Source: Bacteroidota bacterium (lineage in GTDB: Bacteria; Bacteroidota; Bacteroidia; Flavobacteriales; Flavobacteriaceae). From it: DNA of 64,000 nucleotides. The position numbers and the translations under genes were made by a program. Below the pieces are notes generated by a model. It saw only the letters and a program-made list of their open reading frames with translations. It was not told where the DNA came from and searched no databases. The stretch lies in assembly GCA_043778105.1 (NCBI GenBank), contig JAYWGV010000061.1, positions 5,179 to 69,178 on the forward strand, in the 5' to 3' direction. This document shows positions 1 through 9,132 of this stretch, piece after piece (the first letter of the stretch is position 1; each line of letters begins with the position of its first letter).

Positions 1-1126
1 GCTGGTTCAAGAAATTAAAATCGGTGTTGTTGCCTGTGATAATAAACGAATTGATTCCCGCAACTTTATTATCATCAAAAACTTGTTTGAATTCTTGTGT
101 TGGCTGATAAAAAAGCAAAACATTATAATCTTGTAATGATTTCGCTTCAAATGGTTTAACTATTGTAACTTTTCGTTGAATATTGGTTTCAATTGCTCTT
201 TTCAATGCGCCAATATCAGGATGATTTATTGATGATATTATTGCAATATTAGTTTTTTGATCAATAACTTCGACCGCAAAATTTTTGGTATTGTTGTACT
301 TGTTTTTTTCATTTTCTGATGTAGAAATCGACGCTTTAAAAATTTGCAAACCAACATTGTTTGCTGGCAATAAAACATTAATAATTGCAGTTTTTTTTGA
401 TGGCGAAAACGAAACAGTTTGCGTTGCTAAAACCGATTTTCCTTGCGAAATATTAAAAATAGCATTAATCGACTTATTTCCAGAATATTGTAAAAATACT
501 TCTACTGGAAATTTATTTTTTTGAAAAGCATATTTATTGACATTCAATTGATTGATTTTTAAATCTAAAAAAGTCGTTGTATCGCCAACAATTACTGGAA
601 AAACTTTGTTATTTGAATCAAAACTATTAATAAAATCGTTACCCGAAGTTTGGTTTCCGTCGGTTATTAAAACGGTTGGAAAAGTTTTGTTTTTATTAAT
701 ACTTTTTAAATTCTTTGCAATTTTGTCAAGATTGGTTTGTTTTCCTTTGAAATTAACCGAATCTAAATCAGAAATTGATTGAAATTCGGAATCAAAACTG
801 TAAGTTTGAACATCGTATTTTTCAGCTAAATCTGCGTTTGATGTTAACTTTTTGTATATTTCTAATGCTTTTTCGTTTACTTTTAAGTCTAAAATTGAAC
901 TTGAATTATCAATTACAATTGGCAATGGCGATTTTACGGTTTCGAATGTTTTTCTTGAAAATATTGGATTTATTAATAAAATCAATATTCCAAAAATCGA
1001 AAGAAATCGAAATATAGATAAAATCCAAGTTATTTTATTTTTGGATTTATTTTTATAAAAATATTGATAAAATGATAATCCAAATGCGATTATTATCGAA
1101 AGAAAAATTAGTAGAAAATTTGACAT
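1..1126 (-). CDS. VWA-domain membrane protein, N-terminal part (ORF runs off the left edge; absent from the supplied ORF track)
   Basis: My own translation from ATG at 1126..1124 (MSNFLLIFLSIIIAFGLSFYQYF...) stays open for 375 codons to position 1. It has two N-terminal hydrophobic helices, a MIDAS-like DNSSS (PIVIDNSSSIL), and VLITDGNQTSG. The small + strand ORFs at 285-1058 are antisense to it. Confidence 0.6.
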   Translation of the reverse strand, partial: MSNFLLIFLSIIIAFGLSFYQYFYKNKSKNKITWILSIFRFLSIFGILILLINPIFSRKTFETVKSPLPIVIDNSSSILDLKVNEKALEIYKKLTSNADLAEKYDVQTYSFDSEFQSISDLDSVNFKGKQTNLDKIAKNLKSINKNKTFPTVLITDGNQTSGNDFINSFDSNNKVFPVIVGDTTTFLDLKINQLNVNKYAFQKNKFPVEVFLQYSGNKSINAIFNISQGKSVLATQTVSFSPSKKTAIINVLLPANNVGLQIFKASISTSENEKNKYNNTKNFAVEVIDQKTNIAIISSINHPDIGALKRAIETNIQRKVTIVKPFEAKSLQDYNVLLFYQPTQEFKQVFDDNKVAGINSFIITGNNTDFNFLNQ

Positions 1127-1131
1127 TGAAT

Positions 1132-1166
1132 AGTTTTCAGTTTTCAGTTACAGTTTTTCAGTTTTT
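1132..1166. repeat. heptamer-phased tract (AGTTTTC class)
   Basis: AGTTTTC AGTTTTC AGTTACA GTTTTTC AGTTTTT, 5 nt from the VWA gene start. Confidence 0.7.
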
Positions 1167-1232
1167 GGAGTTGAAAAAGCTTTAAAAAAATTAAATCCGA
1201 AATATAGTAAAAAATTGAATTGAAAGATAATT

Positions 1233-1341
1233 CCCTAGCCCTGATGGAAGGGAAAATCCTTTTTTTTAATCAATTGCCACGGGTTTAAACCCGTGGCAAT
1301 TGATTAAAAAAAAGATTGGAATGACAGCAGGAAATAGCTTC
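1233..1341 (+). repeat. family-A structured repeat, copy 1
   Basis: CCCTAGCCCTGATGGAAGGGAAAATCC-T8-AATCAATTGCCACGGGTTTAAACCCGTGGCAATTGATT-A8-GATTGGAATGACAGCAGGAAATAGC. It lies between the fabG stop and the VWA gene start. Confidence 0.8.
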
Positions 1342-1363
1342 TTAAAAATCTTAAATCTAATGA

Positions 1364-2110
1364 CTAAGTCAGCATTCCACCATCGACATTCAAGACTTGT
1401 CCTGTTACATAAGCGCTCATATCTGACGCCAAAAATACGCAAACATTGGCAACATCTTCGCAAGTTCCGCCACGTTTTAATGGAATTGCATCTCGCCAAC
1501 CTTGCACAACATCGTCGTTTAGTTTGGCTGTCATTTCGGTTTCGATGAATCCGGGTGCGATTGCGTTGCAACGAATATTGCGTGAACCAAGCTCAAGAGC
1601 GACCGATTTTGTAAAACCAATTACTCCAGCTTTTGAGGCCGCATAGTTGGTTTGTCCAGCGTTTCCTTTGACTCCGACAACCGAACTCATGTTGATTATT
1701 GAGCCTGAACGTTGTTTCAAGAATGTTTTTTGAATGGCTTTGGTCATATTAAAAACCGATTTTAGGTTAACGTTTATGACTTTGTCAAAATCTTCTTCGG
1801 ACATTCTCATTAAAAGATTGTCTTTGGTAATTCCAGCATTATTAATTAAAATATCTACAGTTCCAAATTCAGTTAATACTGCTTCTACAAATGTTTGTGC
1901 TTCGTTAAAATCGGCTGCGTTGGATTGATAACCTTTGGCTTTTATGCCTAAAGCATTCAATTCGGTTTCGAGTTGATTAGCCGATTCGACTGATGAACTG
2001 TATGTAAATGCTACATTTGCACCATGTTTTGCAAAAACTTCTGCGATTCCTTTTCCAATTCCGCGACTTGCACCAGTTATTATTGCAGTTTTTCCTTCTA
2101 GTAATTTCAT
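1364..2110 (-). CDS. fabG: 3-oxoacyl-ACP reductase (SDR)
   Basis: TGASRGIG Rossmann motif, NNAG, and the YAASKAG catalytic motif. At 248 aa it has typical FabG length. Confidence 0.9.
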   Translation of the reverse strand: MKLLEGKTAIITGASRGIGKGIAEVFAKHGANVAFTYSSSVESANQLETELNALGIKAKGYQSNAADFNEAQTFVEAVLTEFGTVDILINNAGITKDNLLMRMSEEDFDKVINVNLKSVFNMTKAIQKTFLKQRSGSIINMSSVVGVKGNAGQTNYAASKAGVIGFTKSVALELGSRNIRCNAIAPGFIETEMTAKLNDDVVQGWRDAIPLKRGGTCEDVANVCVFLASDMSAYVTGQVLNVDGGMLT

Positions 2111-2138
2111 ATATTTTTTAAATTTTATTTTCTATTTA

Positions 2139-2146
2139 CAAATATA
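2139..2146 (-). promoter_or_regulatory. -7 box TATATTTG (fabG)
   Basis: Matches the Bacteroidota sigma-A -7 consensus TAnnTTTG, 29 nt upstream of the ATG. Confidence 0.5.
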
Positions 2147-2152
2147 GGATTT

Positions 2153-2187
2153 GATATTAGATTTTAGATGTCAGATTTTAGATTTTT
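2153..2187. repeat. heptamer-phased tract (GATTTTA class)
   Basis: GATATTA GATTTTA GATGTCA GATTTTA GATTTTT, upstream of the fabG promoter. Confidence 0.7.
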
Positions 2188-2267
2188 TGTATGTATTAAC
2201 AAATTTATGCAAAAATCAAAAACTCCAACTTTTGGCCGGAGTTTTTTAATATTTCGAAATGTAATTT

Positions 2268-2696
2268 TTAGAATGCAACATTCCAACGAGGCAATTTGCC
2301 AGTTTCATCTAGATGCAATTGTAAAACTTGTCCTTCTACAAATGTTGGAATTACTTTGTTTTTGTCATTGAAAGTATCATACCAAAAAACTTCTAATCGG
2401 TCAATATTTTCGATTTTCATTTGTGCTGGCCAAGAATATTTTCTACCAGTTTTGGCAAATTGATGACCGTTAACGATTTTATCGAACATTCCGCCATTTT
2501 TGCTTTTTAAAGTACCGTCGTTTTGGATTGTTCCAGTTGAACTAACCATAATTAGTTCTTTTTTATCTTCTTTTACATCATAAACCAAGTAAACTCCAGA
2601 AACATTTTCTGAGGTATTACAAACTTTTTCTAAATCGTCATTTTGAGTAAACGAAAAGCTATTTTGATTCTTGAATTTTTTTAATTCTTTGTACAT
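2268..2696 (-). CDS. hypothetical protein, possibly GIY-YIG-like
   Basis: 142 aa. SGVYLVYDV...VSSTG, a later R, then E...KLPRWN loosely follow the GIY-YIG order. This is a weak call. Confidence 0.35.
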   Translation of the reverse strand: MYKELKKFKNQNSFSFTQNDDLEKVCNTSENVSGVYLVYDVKEDKKELIMVSSTGTIQNDGTLKSKNGGMFDKIVNGHQFAKTGRKYSWPAQMKIENIDRLEVFWYDTFNDKNKVIPTFVEGQVLQLHLDETGKLPRWNVAF

Positions 2697-2775
2697 ATTC
2701 TAATTTATTTGCCATTTCGTCTTTTGGAACGAGACCAAAAGCACAAAGTGAATTATTTGTTATTATTTTATAAAA

Positions 2776-2805
2776 TAAAAAGTCTCAATATTAAAACTGA
2801 GACTT
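2776..2805 (-). terminator. intrinsic terminator after ORF 2810..3910
   Basis: AGTCTCA / TGAGACT stem, followed by a T-run on the minus strand. Confidence 0.65.
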
Positions 2806-2809
2806 GTAT

Positions 2810-3910
2810 TTATATTTTAGATTTTATTTTTTTTGCTAACTTTTTAAAATCACTACCTTGAATGTTAAAAGTAAAAAATCCCTCTTCATGTTCTTTGTAT
2901 ATGATTTCACCAGTTTTGCCATTCACAACTTCAAAAAATTTCTGATTATTTATTTTAACATATCTTAAATAATAGAAATTTTTTTCTGAAAATATTTTTT
3001 CATCTAAATCTTTTTCAGATATAAATTCAAATTTATAAATATAATCTTCGAAAAGATTGCTAATCTCTTTTTCTGATTTTTGTTCGTCTTCAATTTTAAC
3101 AGGTTTGTATGTAGTTTTGTTATATTCAGGTATGAATAAAGTTTGTAGAGCCAAGTTTTTTAATTCATCAGTCGAAATTGGCTCTTGCATACCCATAAAC
3201 TCTTCGTTTGATATCAAATTATTAATTTTCTGAAAATTATTTTTTAAATACCCTAAAGTGTAGTTTTTATAGATTCTAGAATTAAAAACTTCTTTAATCC
3301 GATCATTCTCATATTTTGAATTTTTTAGTGTATCTCTACGAGCAGTGGAGAAACTACCGAAATTTGAGGAGATTCCACTATAAAAATATTCAACACGACC
3401 ATCTTTAAATTTATTATTAATTTTTTGTATAAATTCAGTATTAACAAAAAAATGTATTGCTCCAATATTGATTCTTGTGCTATAAATGAGATCGCTATAC
3501 GGTTTATTTGCTATTTTCAATTTTTCGATTTTTGTTTTATTTTTTTCATAATCATAAAAAAAGAACGTAATATCGTTGAAACTTTCAAAAACACGTCCAA
3601 CATCTCTGCAATAAGCACGTAACAGAGCGAAAGAGTACGTACCTTCTAAATAATCATCTAATTTGAAATCATATCTTGAAACAATTTTATAAGGAGTTAC
3701 TGTCCAATATTCCTTTAATATTTTATCATATTGATCTTTATGATAAACATCTGATAAAACAAAAATTGTTGTTGTTGATTTGAAATTTTTGAAAGTTTCT
3801 AAATCAAACTTTTTTAAATTTCTATCAACGTTTGAGCTTACAGTAACTTGTGCACCTACTCTTATCAAAAATAATAACAATAAGCAAATTAAAAATATTT
3901 TTTTTTTCAT
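2810..3910 (-). CDS. secreted hypothetical protein
   Basis: 366-aa ORF with an N-terminal signal peptide (MKKKIFLICLLLLFLIRVGAQ). I recognised no family motif. Confidence 0.6.
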   Translation of the reverse strand: MKKKIFLICLLLLFLIRVGAQVTVSSNVDRNLKKFDLETFKNFKSTTTIFVLSDVYHKDQYDKILKEYWTVTPYKIVSRYDFKLDDYLEGTYSFALLRAYCRDVGRVFESFNDITFFFYDYEKNKTKIEKLKIANKPYSDLIYSTRINIGAIHFFVNTEFIQKINNKFKDGRVEYFYSGISSNFGSFSTARRDTLKNSKYENDRIKEVFNSRIYKNYTLGYLKNNFQKINNLISNEEFMGMQEPISTDELKNLALQTLFIPEYNKTTYKPVKIEDEQKSEKEISNLFEDYIYKFEFISEKDLDEKIFSEKNFYYLRYVKINNQKFFEVVNGKTGEIIYKEHEEGFFTFNIQGSDFKKLAKKIKSKI

Positions 3911-3926
3911 AATTTAATTTAATTAT

Positions 3927-4799
3927 CTATCCCAAAACTTCTTTAACTTTTTTACCAATTTCTGCGGGAGAATCTACAACGTGAATGCCACATTCTCTCA
4001 TAATTCGTTTTTTGGCTTCGGCAGTATCATCTGCGCCACCAACAATAGCTCCAGCGTGACCCATTGTTCTTCCTTTTGGAGCGGTTTCGCCAGCTATGAA
4101 ACCAATAACTGGTTTGCGGTTTCCATCGGCTTTGATCCATTTTGCTGCATCAGCTTCAAGTTGTCCACCAATTTCGCCAATCATAACGATGCAATTGGTT
4201 TCTGGATCATTCATTAATAATTCAACTGCTTCTTTGGTAGTAGTTCCAATAATTGGGTCGCCACCTATACCTATTGCGGTTGTGATTCCTAAACCTTGTT
4301 TAACTACTTGGTCAGCAGCTTCGTAGGTTAGAGTTCCAGATTTAGAAACGATTCCAACTGTTCCTTTTTTGAAAACAAAACCTGGCATAATACCAACTTT
4401 TGCTTCTCCTGGCGTAATAATTCCTGGGCAATTTGGTCCTATTAATCTACAATTTCTTGTTTTGATGTATTCATAAGCTTTAATCATATCAGCTACTGGA
4501 ATTCCTTCGGTAATACAAATAATTACTTTGATTCCAGCGTCGGCAGCTTCCATAATTGCATCGGCAGCAAAAGCTGGTGGAACGAAAATAATTGTTGTAT
4601 CGGCTCCTGCTTTTTCTACTGCATCTTTTACAGTATTAAAAACTGGACGATCAAGATGAGTACTTCCACCTTTTCCAGGAGTTACTCCACCAACAACATT
4701 TGTTCCATATTCAATCATTTGCGAAGCGTGAAAAGTTCCTTCGCTTCCTGTAAATCCTTGAACAATTATTTTAGAATCTTTATTGACTAAAACGCTCAT
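3927..4799 (-). CDS. sucD: succinyl-CoA synthetase alpha subunit
   Basis: [20 protein letters not shown], and the MGHAGAI phosphohistidine loop. Confidence 0.92.
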   Translation of the reverse strand: MSVLVNKDSKIIVQGFTGSEGTFHASQMIEYGTNVVGGVTPGKGGSTHLDRPVFNTVKDAVEKAGADTTIIFVPPAFAADAIMEAADAGIKVIICITEGIPVADMIKAYEYIKTRNCRLIGPNCPGIITPGEAKVGIMPGFVFKKGTVGIVSKSGTLTYEAADQVVKQGLGITTAIGIGGDPIIGTTTKEAVELLMNDPETNCIVMIGEIGGQLEADAAKWIKADGNRKPVIGFIAGETAPKGRTMGHAGAIVGGADDTAEAKKRIMRECGIHVVDSPAEIGKKVKEVLG

Positions 4800-4832
4800 A
4801 TAATTTTATTTTGGTTGTTTTTTTATTTGGTG

Positions 4833-4840
4833 CAAAAGTA
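4833..4840 (-). promoter_or_regulatory. -7 box TACTTTTG (sucD)
   Basis: TAnnTTTG match, 34 nt upstream of the ATG. Confidence 0.5.
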
Positions 4841-4884
4841 ATAAAAAGTTTTTAGATTTCGATTGCAGATTGACAATTTTCTAT

Positions 4885-5247
4885 TTATGCTAATTGACTC
4901 ATTTGGTAACCACGAAATAATTTTTCGTCTTTGATTTCCCAAATCACAAAAAAATTAGCCAATTTCATTTCTTCACGATAATTTTCAATTGTTTTTACTG
5001 ATAATGAATATTTAACCGAAACCATATTTTTATCGCATAAAAGATAATCAATCTTTGTTTTAGTTTTAATGTATGATTTTGCAATATTGGTTGTATAATC
5101 AATAATTCCTTGATAATCAAGTTTTAAGAATCCTGTACTGCCATTCCATTCTAATACAAATTCTGGATGCAAAAAAGTTTTTAGAACTTCGACATCTAAT
5201 AAAGCATTTGATTTATAAAAATCTTGAACTAATTTTTTTGGACTCAT
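4885..5247 (-). CDS. NTF2/SnoaL-like small protein
   Basis: 120 aa. The N-terminal pattern KLVQDFYKS...LHPEFVLEW is typical of SnoaL-like folds. Confidence 0.45.
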   Translation of the reverse strand: MSPKKLVQDFYKSNALLDVEVLKTFLHPEFVLEWNGSTGFLKLDYQGIIDYTTNIAKSYIKTKTKIDYLLCDKNMVSVKYSLSVKTIENYREEMKLANFFVIWEIKDEKLFRGYQMSQLA

Positions 5248-5248
5248 T

Positions 5249-6178
5249 TTACTTTAATTTTTGAAGAATTTCTGGTATTTTTTTAATATTTGCCATTTGT
5301 TTTAGCGTTTCACGAGATTCTTGAATTGGTGTTCCGAAATAAGATTTTCCTCCTTCAACAGATTTTGTTACTCCAGTTTGTCCCATAATTATAGCTTTTG
5401 TTCCGATAGTTATTCCACTTGTTGTACCAACTTGTCCCCAAAGTGTTACTTCGTCTTCGATAATCACGCAACCTGCAATTCCGGTTTGCGATGCTATTAA
5501 ACATTTTTTACCAATTTTTGTATCGTGACCAACATGAACTTGATTGTCAATTTTGGTTCCTTCGCCAATGGTTGTGTCGCCTGTAACGCCTTTATCTATA
5601 GTGCATAATGCTCCGATTCCTACATTATTTTCGATAACAACTCGACCACAAGAAATTAATTGGTCGAAACCATCAGCTCGTTTTTTGTAATAAAAAGCAT
5701 CGGCTCCAAGAATTGTTCCTGCATGAATAATAACATTGTCACCAATTATTGTGTTATCGTATATCGAAACATTAGAATGAATTAAACAATTATTTCCAAT
5801 TACAACATTATTCCCAATAAATGTATTAGGTTGAATTATAGTATTTTGACCTATTTTAGCTGAGCTAGAAATTGAAACATTTGAAAATTGAAACGGTCTA
5901 AAATGCCTAGTTAACTTATTGAAATCTCGAAAAGGATCATCTGATATTAACAATGATTTACCTTGAGGGCAATCAACATTTTTATTAATCAGAATTATTG
6001 TTGCAGCCGATTGCAAAGCTTTATCATAATATTTTGGATGATCTACAAACACAATATCTCCAGATTCTACTACATGAATTTCATTCATACCAAAAATGTG
6101 GAAATTGTCATCGCCAACATATTCGCAATTAAGTAAATTGGCAATTTTTTTTAATGTTTGTAGTTTTTCAAATTTCAT
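5249..6178 (-). CDS. lpxD: UDP-3-O-acylglucosamine N-acyltransferase paralog (LpxD2)
   Basis: LpxD-type N-terminal domain followed by left-handed beta-helix hexapeptide repeats. It lies in the lpx operon. Confidence 0.8.
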   Translation of the reverse strand: MKFEKLQTLKKIANLLNCEYVGDDNFHIFGMNEIHVVESGDIVFVDHPKYYDKALQSAATIILINKNVDCPQGKSLLISDDPFRDFNKLTRHFRPFQFSNVSISSSAKIGQNTIIQPNTFIGNNVVIGNNCLIHSNVSIYDNTIIGDNVIIHAGTILGADAFYYKKRADGFDQLISCGRVVIENNVGIGALCTIDKGVTGDTTIGEGTKIDNQVHVGHDTKIGKKCLIASQTGIAGCVIIEDEVTLWGQVGTTSGITIGTKAIIMGQTGVTKSVEGGKSYFGTPIQESRETLKQMANIKKIPEILQKLK

Positions 6179-6183
6179 ATTAA

Positions 6184-6206
6184 TTCCCCCTTTGGGGTTT
6201 AGGGGA
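6184..6206 (-). repeat. C5/G5 element, copy i
   Basis: The minus strand reads TAA(efp stop)-TCCCCTAAACCCCAAAGGGGGAA. It ends 5 nt before the lpxD2 ATG. Confidence 0.75.
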
Positions 6207-6773
6207 TTATTCTTTAACGCGTTCCATATAATTTCCAGAAGTTGTGTCTATTTTGATTTTGTCTCCTTCATTAATAAATAAAGGAACATTTACTTGAGCA
6301 CCAGTTTCTACAGTTGCAGATTTTGTTGCATTTGTAGCTGTATTTCCTTTAATTCCTGGTTCGGCATAGGTTACTTGCAACACTACTGATGCTGGCATAT
6401 CGACAGAAATTGGCAAATCGGTTTCGGTATTAATGCTAACCATAACGCTTTCTCCTTCTTTTAATAAATCTGGAGCATCAAGAATTGCTTTATTTAAGGA
6501 AATTTGCTCATAAGATTCAACATTCATAAAATGAAATAAATCGCCTTCTGGATAAAGAAATTGAAATTTATGATTTTCTACCCGAATTTCTTCGATTTTA
6601 TGCCCAGCCGAAAAAGTGTTGTCTAAAACTCTACCGTTAGACAAACTTCTTAATTTTGTTCTTACAAATGCTGGACCTTTTCCAGGTTTCACATGTAGAA
6701 ATTCTACTATTTTATATATATCATTATTGAACTTGATACATAATCCATTTTTAATATCTGATGTAGATGCCAT
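6207..6773 (-). CDS. efp: elongation factor P
   Basis: IVEFLHVKPGKGPAFVRTKLR is the canonical EF-P motif. Length is 188 aa. Confidence 0.93.
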   Translation of the reverse strand: MASTSDIKNGLCIKFNNDIYKIVEFLHVKPGKGPAFVRTKLRSLSNGRVLDNTFSAGHKIEEIRVENHKFQFLYPEGDLFHFMNVESYEQISLNKAILDAPDLLKEGESVMVSINTETDLPISVDMPASVVLQVTYAEPGIKGNTATNATKSATVETGAQVNVPLFINEGDKIKIDTTSGNYMERVKE

Positions 6774-6849
6774 TGTTTAAATTTAAGTCCAACCTATAAT
6801 TTAGTATTGGAATGTTATTGGTTTATTGTTTATATTTAATTTCAAGAAA

Positions 6850-6891
6850 TCTGAAGTCTAAAATCGTTAATCTATATTCTAAAATCTTATC
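6850..6891. repeat. heptamer-phased tract (TCTAAAA class)
   Basis: TCTGAAG TCTAAAA TCGTTAA TCTATAT TCTAAAA TCTTATC, in the lpxA-efp spacer. Confidence 0.7.
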
Positions 6892-7669
6892 CGCCAGTAT
6901 ATCCTTTCATTATTCCTCTGGACGAATTTCTAATAAAATCTATAATTTCGTCACGCTCTGGAGTTGCTTCCATTTCTGCTTCTATTATTCCGACTGCTTG
7001 TGATGTATTGTAATTTTTTTGGTATAAAATTCGGTAAATATTTTGAATCTCGGTAATTTTCTCGGTTGTAAAACCTCTTCTTCTTAATCCAACCGAATTT
7101 ATTCCTACATAAGATAATGGTTCTTTAGCTGCTTTTGTAAATGGCGGAACGTCCTTTCGAACCAATGAACCGCCTGAAATCATAGCATGATCGCCAATAT
7201 GAATAAATTGATGTATTGCTGCTAAACCGCCAATTACGGCATATTTTCCGACAATAACGTGACCAGCAAGCGCCACACCATTTACAATTATTGAATTATC
7301 GCCAATGTGACAATCGTGTGCAATGTGTGCTGTTGCCATGATTAAGCAGTTGTTGCCAATTGTTGTTTGACCAGATGCAACTGTTCCTCTATTAATCGTT
7401 ACGCATTCGCGAATTGTTGTATTGTCACCAATTACTGCTAATGAATCTTCGCCACCAAATTTTAAATCCTGAGGAACGGCTGATATTACTGCACCTGGAA
7501 AAATATTACAATTTTTGCCTATTCGTGCGCCTTCCATAATGGTTACATTTGATCCAATCCAGGTTCCATCGCCAATTACTACATTATTATGAATAGTCGT
7601 AAAAGGTTCAATAACAACATTTTTGGCAATTTTTGCGCCTGGATGTACGTATGCTAATGGTTGATTCAT
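6887..7669 (-). CDS. lpxA: acyl-ACP:UDP-GlcNAc O-acyltransferase
   Basis: Hexapeptide repeats and an LpxA C-terminal helical domain. Length is 260 aa. Confidence 0.9.
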   Translation of the reverse strand: MNQPLAYVHPGAKIAKNVVIEPFTTIHNNVVIGDGTWIGSNVTIMEGARIGKNCNIFPGAVISAVPQDLKFGGEDSLAVIGDNTTIRECVTINRGTVASGQTTIGNNCLIMATAHIAHDCHIGDNSIIVNGVALAGHVIVGKYAVIGGLAAIHQFIHIGDHAMISGGSLVRKDVPPFTKAAKEPLSYVGINSVGLRRRGFTTEKITEIQNIYRILYQKNYNTSQAVGIIEAEMEATPERDEIIDFIRNSSRGIMKGYTGG

Positions 7670-7671
7670 AA

Positions 7672-7706
7672 TTTCAGATTTCAGATTTCAGATTTCAGAT
7701 TTCAGA
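7672..7706. repeat. perfect tandem heptamer (TTTCAGA)x5
   Basis: Five exact units, ending 3 nt from the lpxA start codon. Confidence 0.9.
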
Positions 7707-7740
7707 TATGATATATTGAAATTTAAAATCTAAAATTAAT

Positions 7741-9129
7741 TTATTGTTTTTTCGCTATTTGTGCCATTAATTCAGCTTCGGCAACAAGTTTTCCATTTGC
7801 GTAGGCGTGTGCTTGCATGTGACAAATTCCGCGACGAATTGGTGTTATCAGTTCACATTTAAATGTTAAAGTATCGCCTGGCAAAACTTTATGTTTAAAT
7901 TTAACATTGTCGATTTTCATAAAAAATGTCAAATAATTTTCTGGATCTGGAACGGTACTTAAAACTAAAATTCCGCCAGTTTGCGCCATTGCTTCAACGA
8001 TAATTACTCCAGGCATAACAGGAGCTTCTGGAAAATGTCCTACAAAAAAACCTTCGTTCATTGTGACATTTTTCATTCCAACTACATGATTTTCTGACAT
8101 TTCTAGAATCCTATCGATAAATAAAAATGGTGGTCGATGTGGCAATATACTCATTATTTTATGAATATCCATCAATGGTTCAAGGTTTAAATCATAAACT
8201 GGCACATGATTTCTTTGCTCGATTTTTATTAATTTGGATAATTTTTTAGCAAATTGTGTGTTTACAAAATGTCCAGGTTTATTAGCAATAACTTTGCCTT
8301 TAATTCTTGTTCCAATTAATGATAAATCACCAATAACGTCAAGCAATTTGTGCCTTGCTGCTTCGTTTGGATAATGTAATGTTAGGTTGTCAAGAATTCC
8401 GTTTTCTTTGACAGAAATTTTATCTTTTCCAAAAGCCAGTTTTAAACTAGACATTGTTTTTTCGGAAATTTCTTTGTCGACATATACTATTGCATTATTC
8501 AAATCGCCACCTTTTATCAAACCGTTATCAAGCAAAGCTTCGAGTTCATGTAAAAAGCTAAAAGTTCTTGCATTGGCAATTTCTGATTTAAAATCTGATA
8601 TATTTTTTAAAGTAGCATTCTGAGTACCAAGAACTTTGGTGCCAAAATCGACCATTGTCGTTATTTGATAATCATCGCAAGGCATAACGAGAATTTCGCT
8701 GCCAGTTTCTTCATCGGTAAACGAAATATTTTCTCTTACTATATAAAATTTTCTTGCTGCTTCTTGTTCGACAACGCCAGCTTTTTCTATGGCTTCGACA
8801 AAATGAATTGATGAACCGTCCATTATTGGTAATTCAGATGCGTCAAGCTCTACTATAACATTGTCTAAATCGCAACCAACAAATGCAGCTAAAACATGTT
8901 CAGGAGTTTGAATTTTTACACCCAATTTTTCAAGATTTGTGCCTCGTTGCGTGTTTACAACATAATTGGCATCGGCCTCAATAATTGGTTGTCCTTCTAA
9001 ATCTGTTCTAACAAACGAAAATCCATTGTTGATTGGTGCTGGTTTGAATGTCATTTTGACAATTTTGCCAGTATGTAATCCAACACCAGAAAGCGAAATT
9101 TCGTTTTTGATGGTTTTTTGCTTAACCAT
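7741..9129 (-). CDS. lpxC-fabZ: bifunctional UDP-3-O-acyl-GlcNAc deacetylase / 3-hydroxyacyl-ACP dehydratase
   Basis: The N-terminal half is LpxC-like (GVGLHTG). The C-terminal half is FabZ-like (HFP..PVMPGV). This fusion is typical of Bacteroidota. Confidence 0.9.
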   Translation of the reverse strand: MVKQKTIKNEISLSGVGLHTGKIVKMTFKPAPINNGFSFVRTDLEGQPIIEADANYVVNTQRGTNLEKLGVKIQTPEHVLAAFVGCDLDNVIVELDASELPIMDGSSIHFVEAIEKAGVVEQEAARKFYIVRENISFTDEETGSEILVMPCDDYQITTMVDFGTKVLGTQNATLKNISDFKSEIANARTFSFLHELEALLDNGLIKGGDLNNAIVYVDKEISEKTMSSLKLAFGKDKISVKENGILDNLTLHYPNEAARHKLLDVIGDLSLIGTRIKGKVIANKPGHFVNTQFAKKLSKLIKIEQRNHVPVYDLNLEPLMDIHKIMSILPHRPPFLFIDRILEMSENHVVGMKNVTMNEGFFVGHFPEAPVMPGVIIVEAMAQTGGILVLSTVPDPENYLTFFMKIDNVKFKHKVLPGDTLTFKCELITPIRRGICHMQAHAYANGKLVAEAELMAQIAKKQ

Positions 9130-9132
9130 AGT

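Noticed and set aside
285-1058. Four small + strand ORFs (61-80 aa) in the ORF track.
   Set aside because: They lie antisense to a continuous 375-codon minus-strand ORF (a VWA-domain protein) that runs off the window edge. Their sequences are low-complexity and hydrophobic, as expected for antisense frames in AT-rich DNA.
1266-1571. ORFs 1266..1571 (-) and 1300..1548 (+), which overlap the end of fabG and the repeat.
   Set aside because: They are out-of-frame or antisense to the well-supported fabG gene, and they start inside family-A repeat copy 1. Their composition is Arg/Cys-rich, which is typical of wrong-frame translation.
3898-3907. An A10 homopolymer directly after the ATG of the 366-aa secreted protein (MKKK...), considered as a phase-variation tract.
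   Set aside because: MKKK starts encoded by A-runs are common for signal peptides in AT-rich genomes. Without read-level length variation there is nothing to support phase variation.
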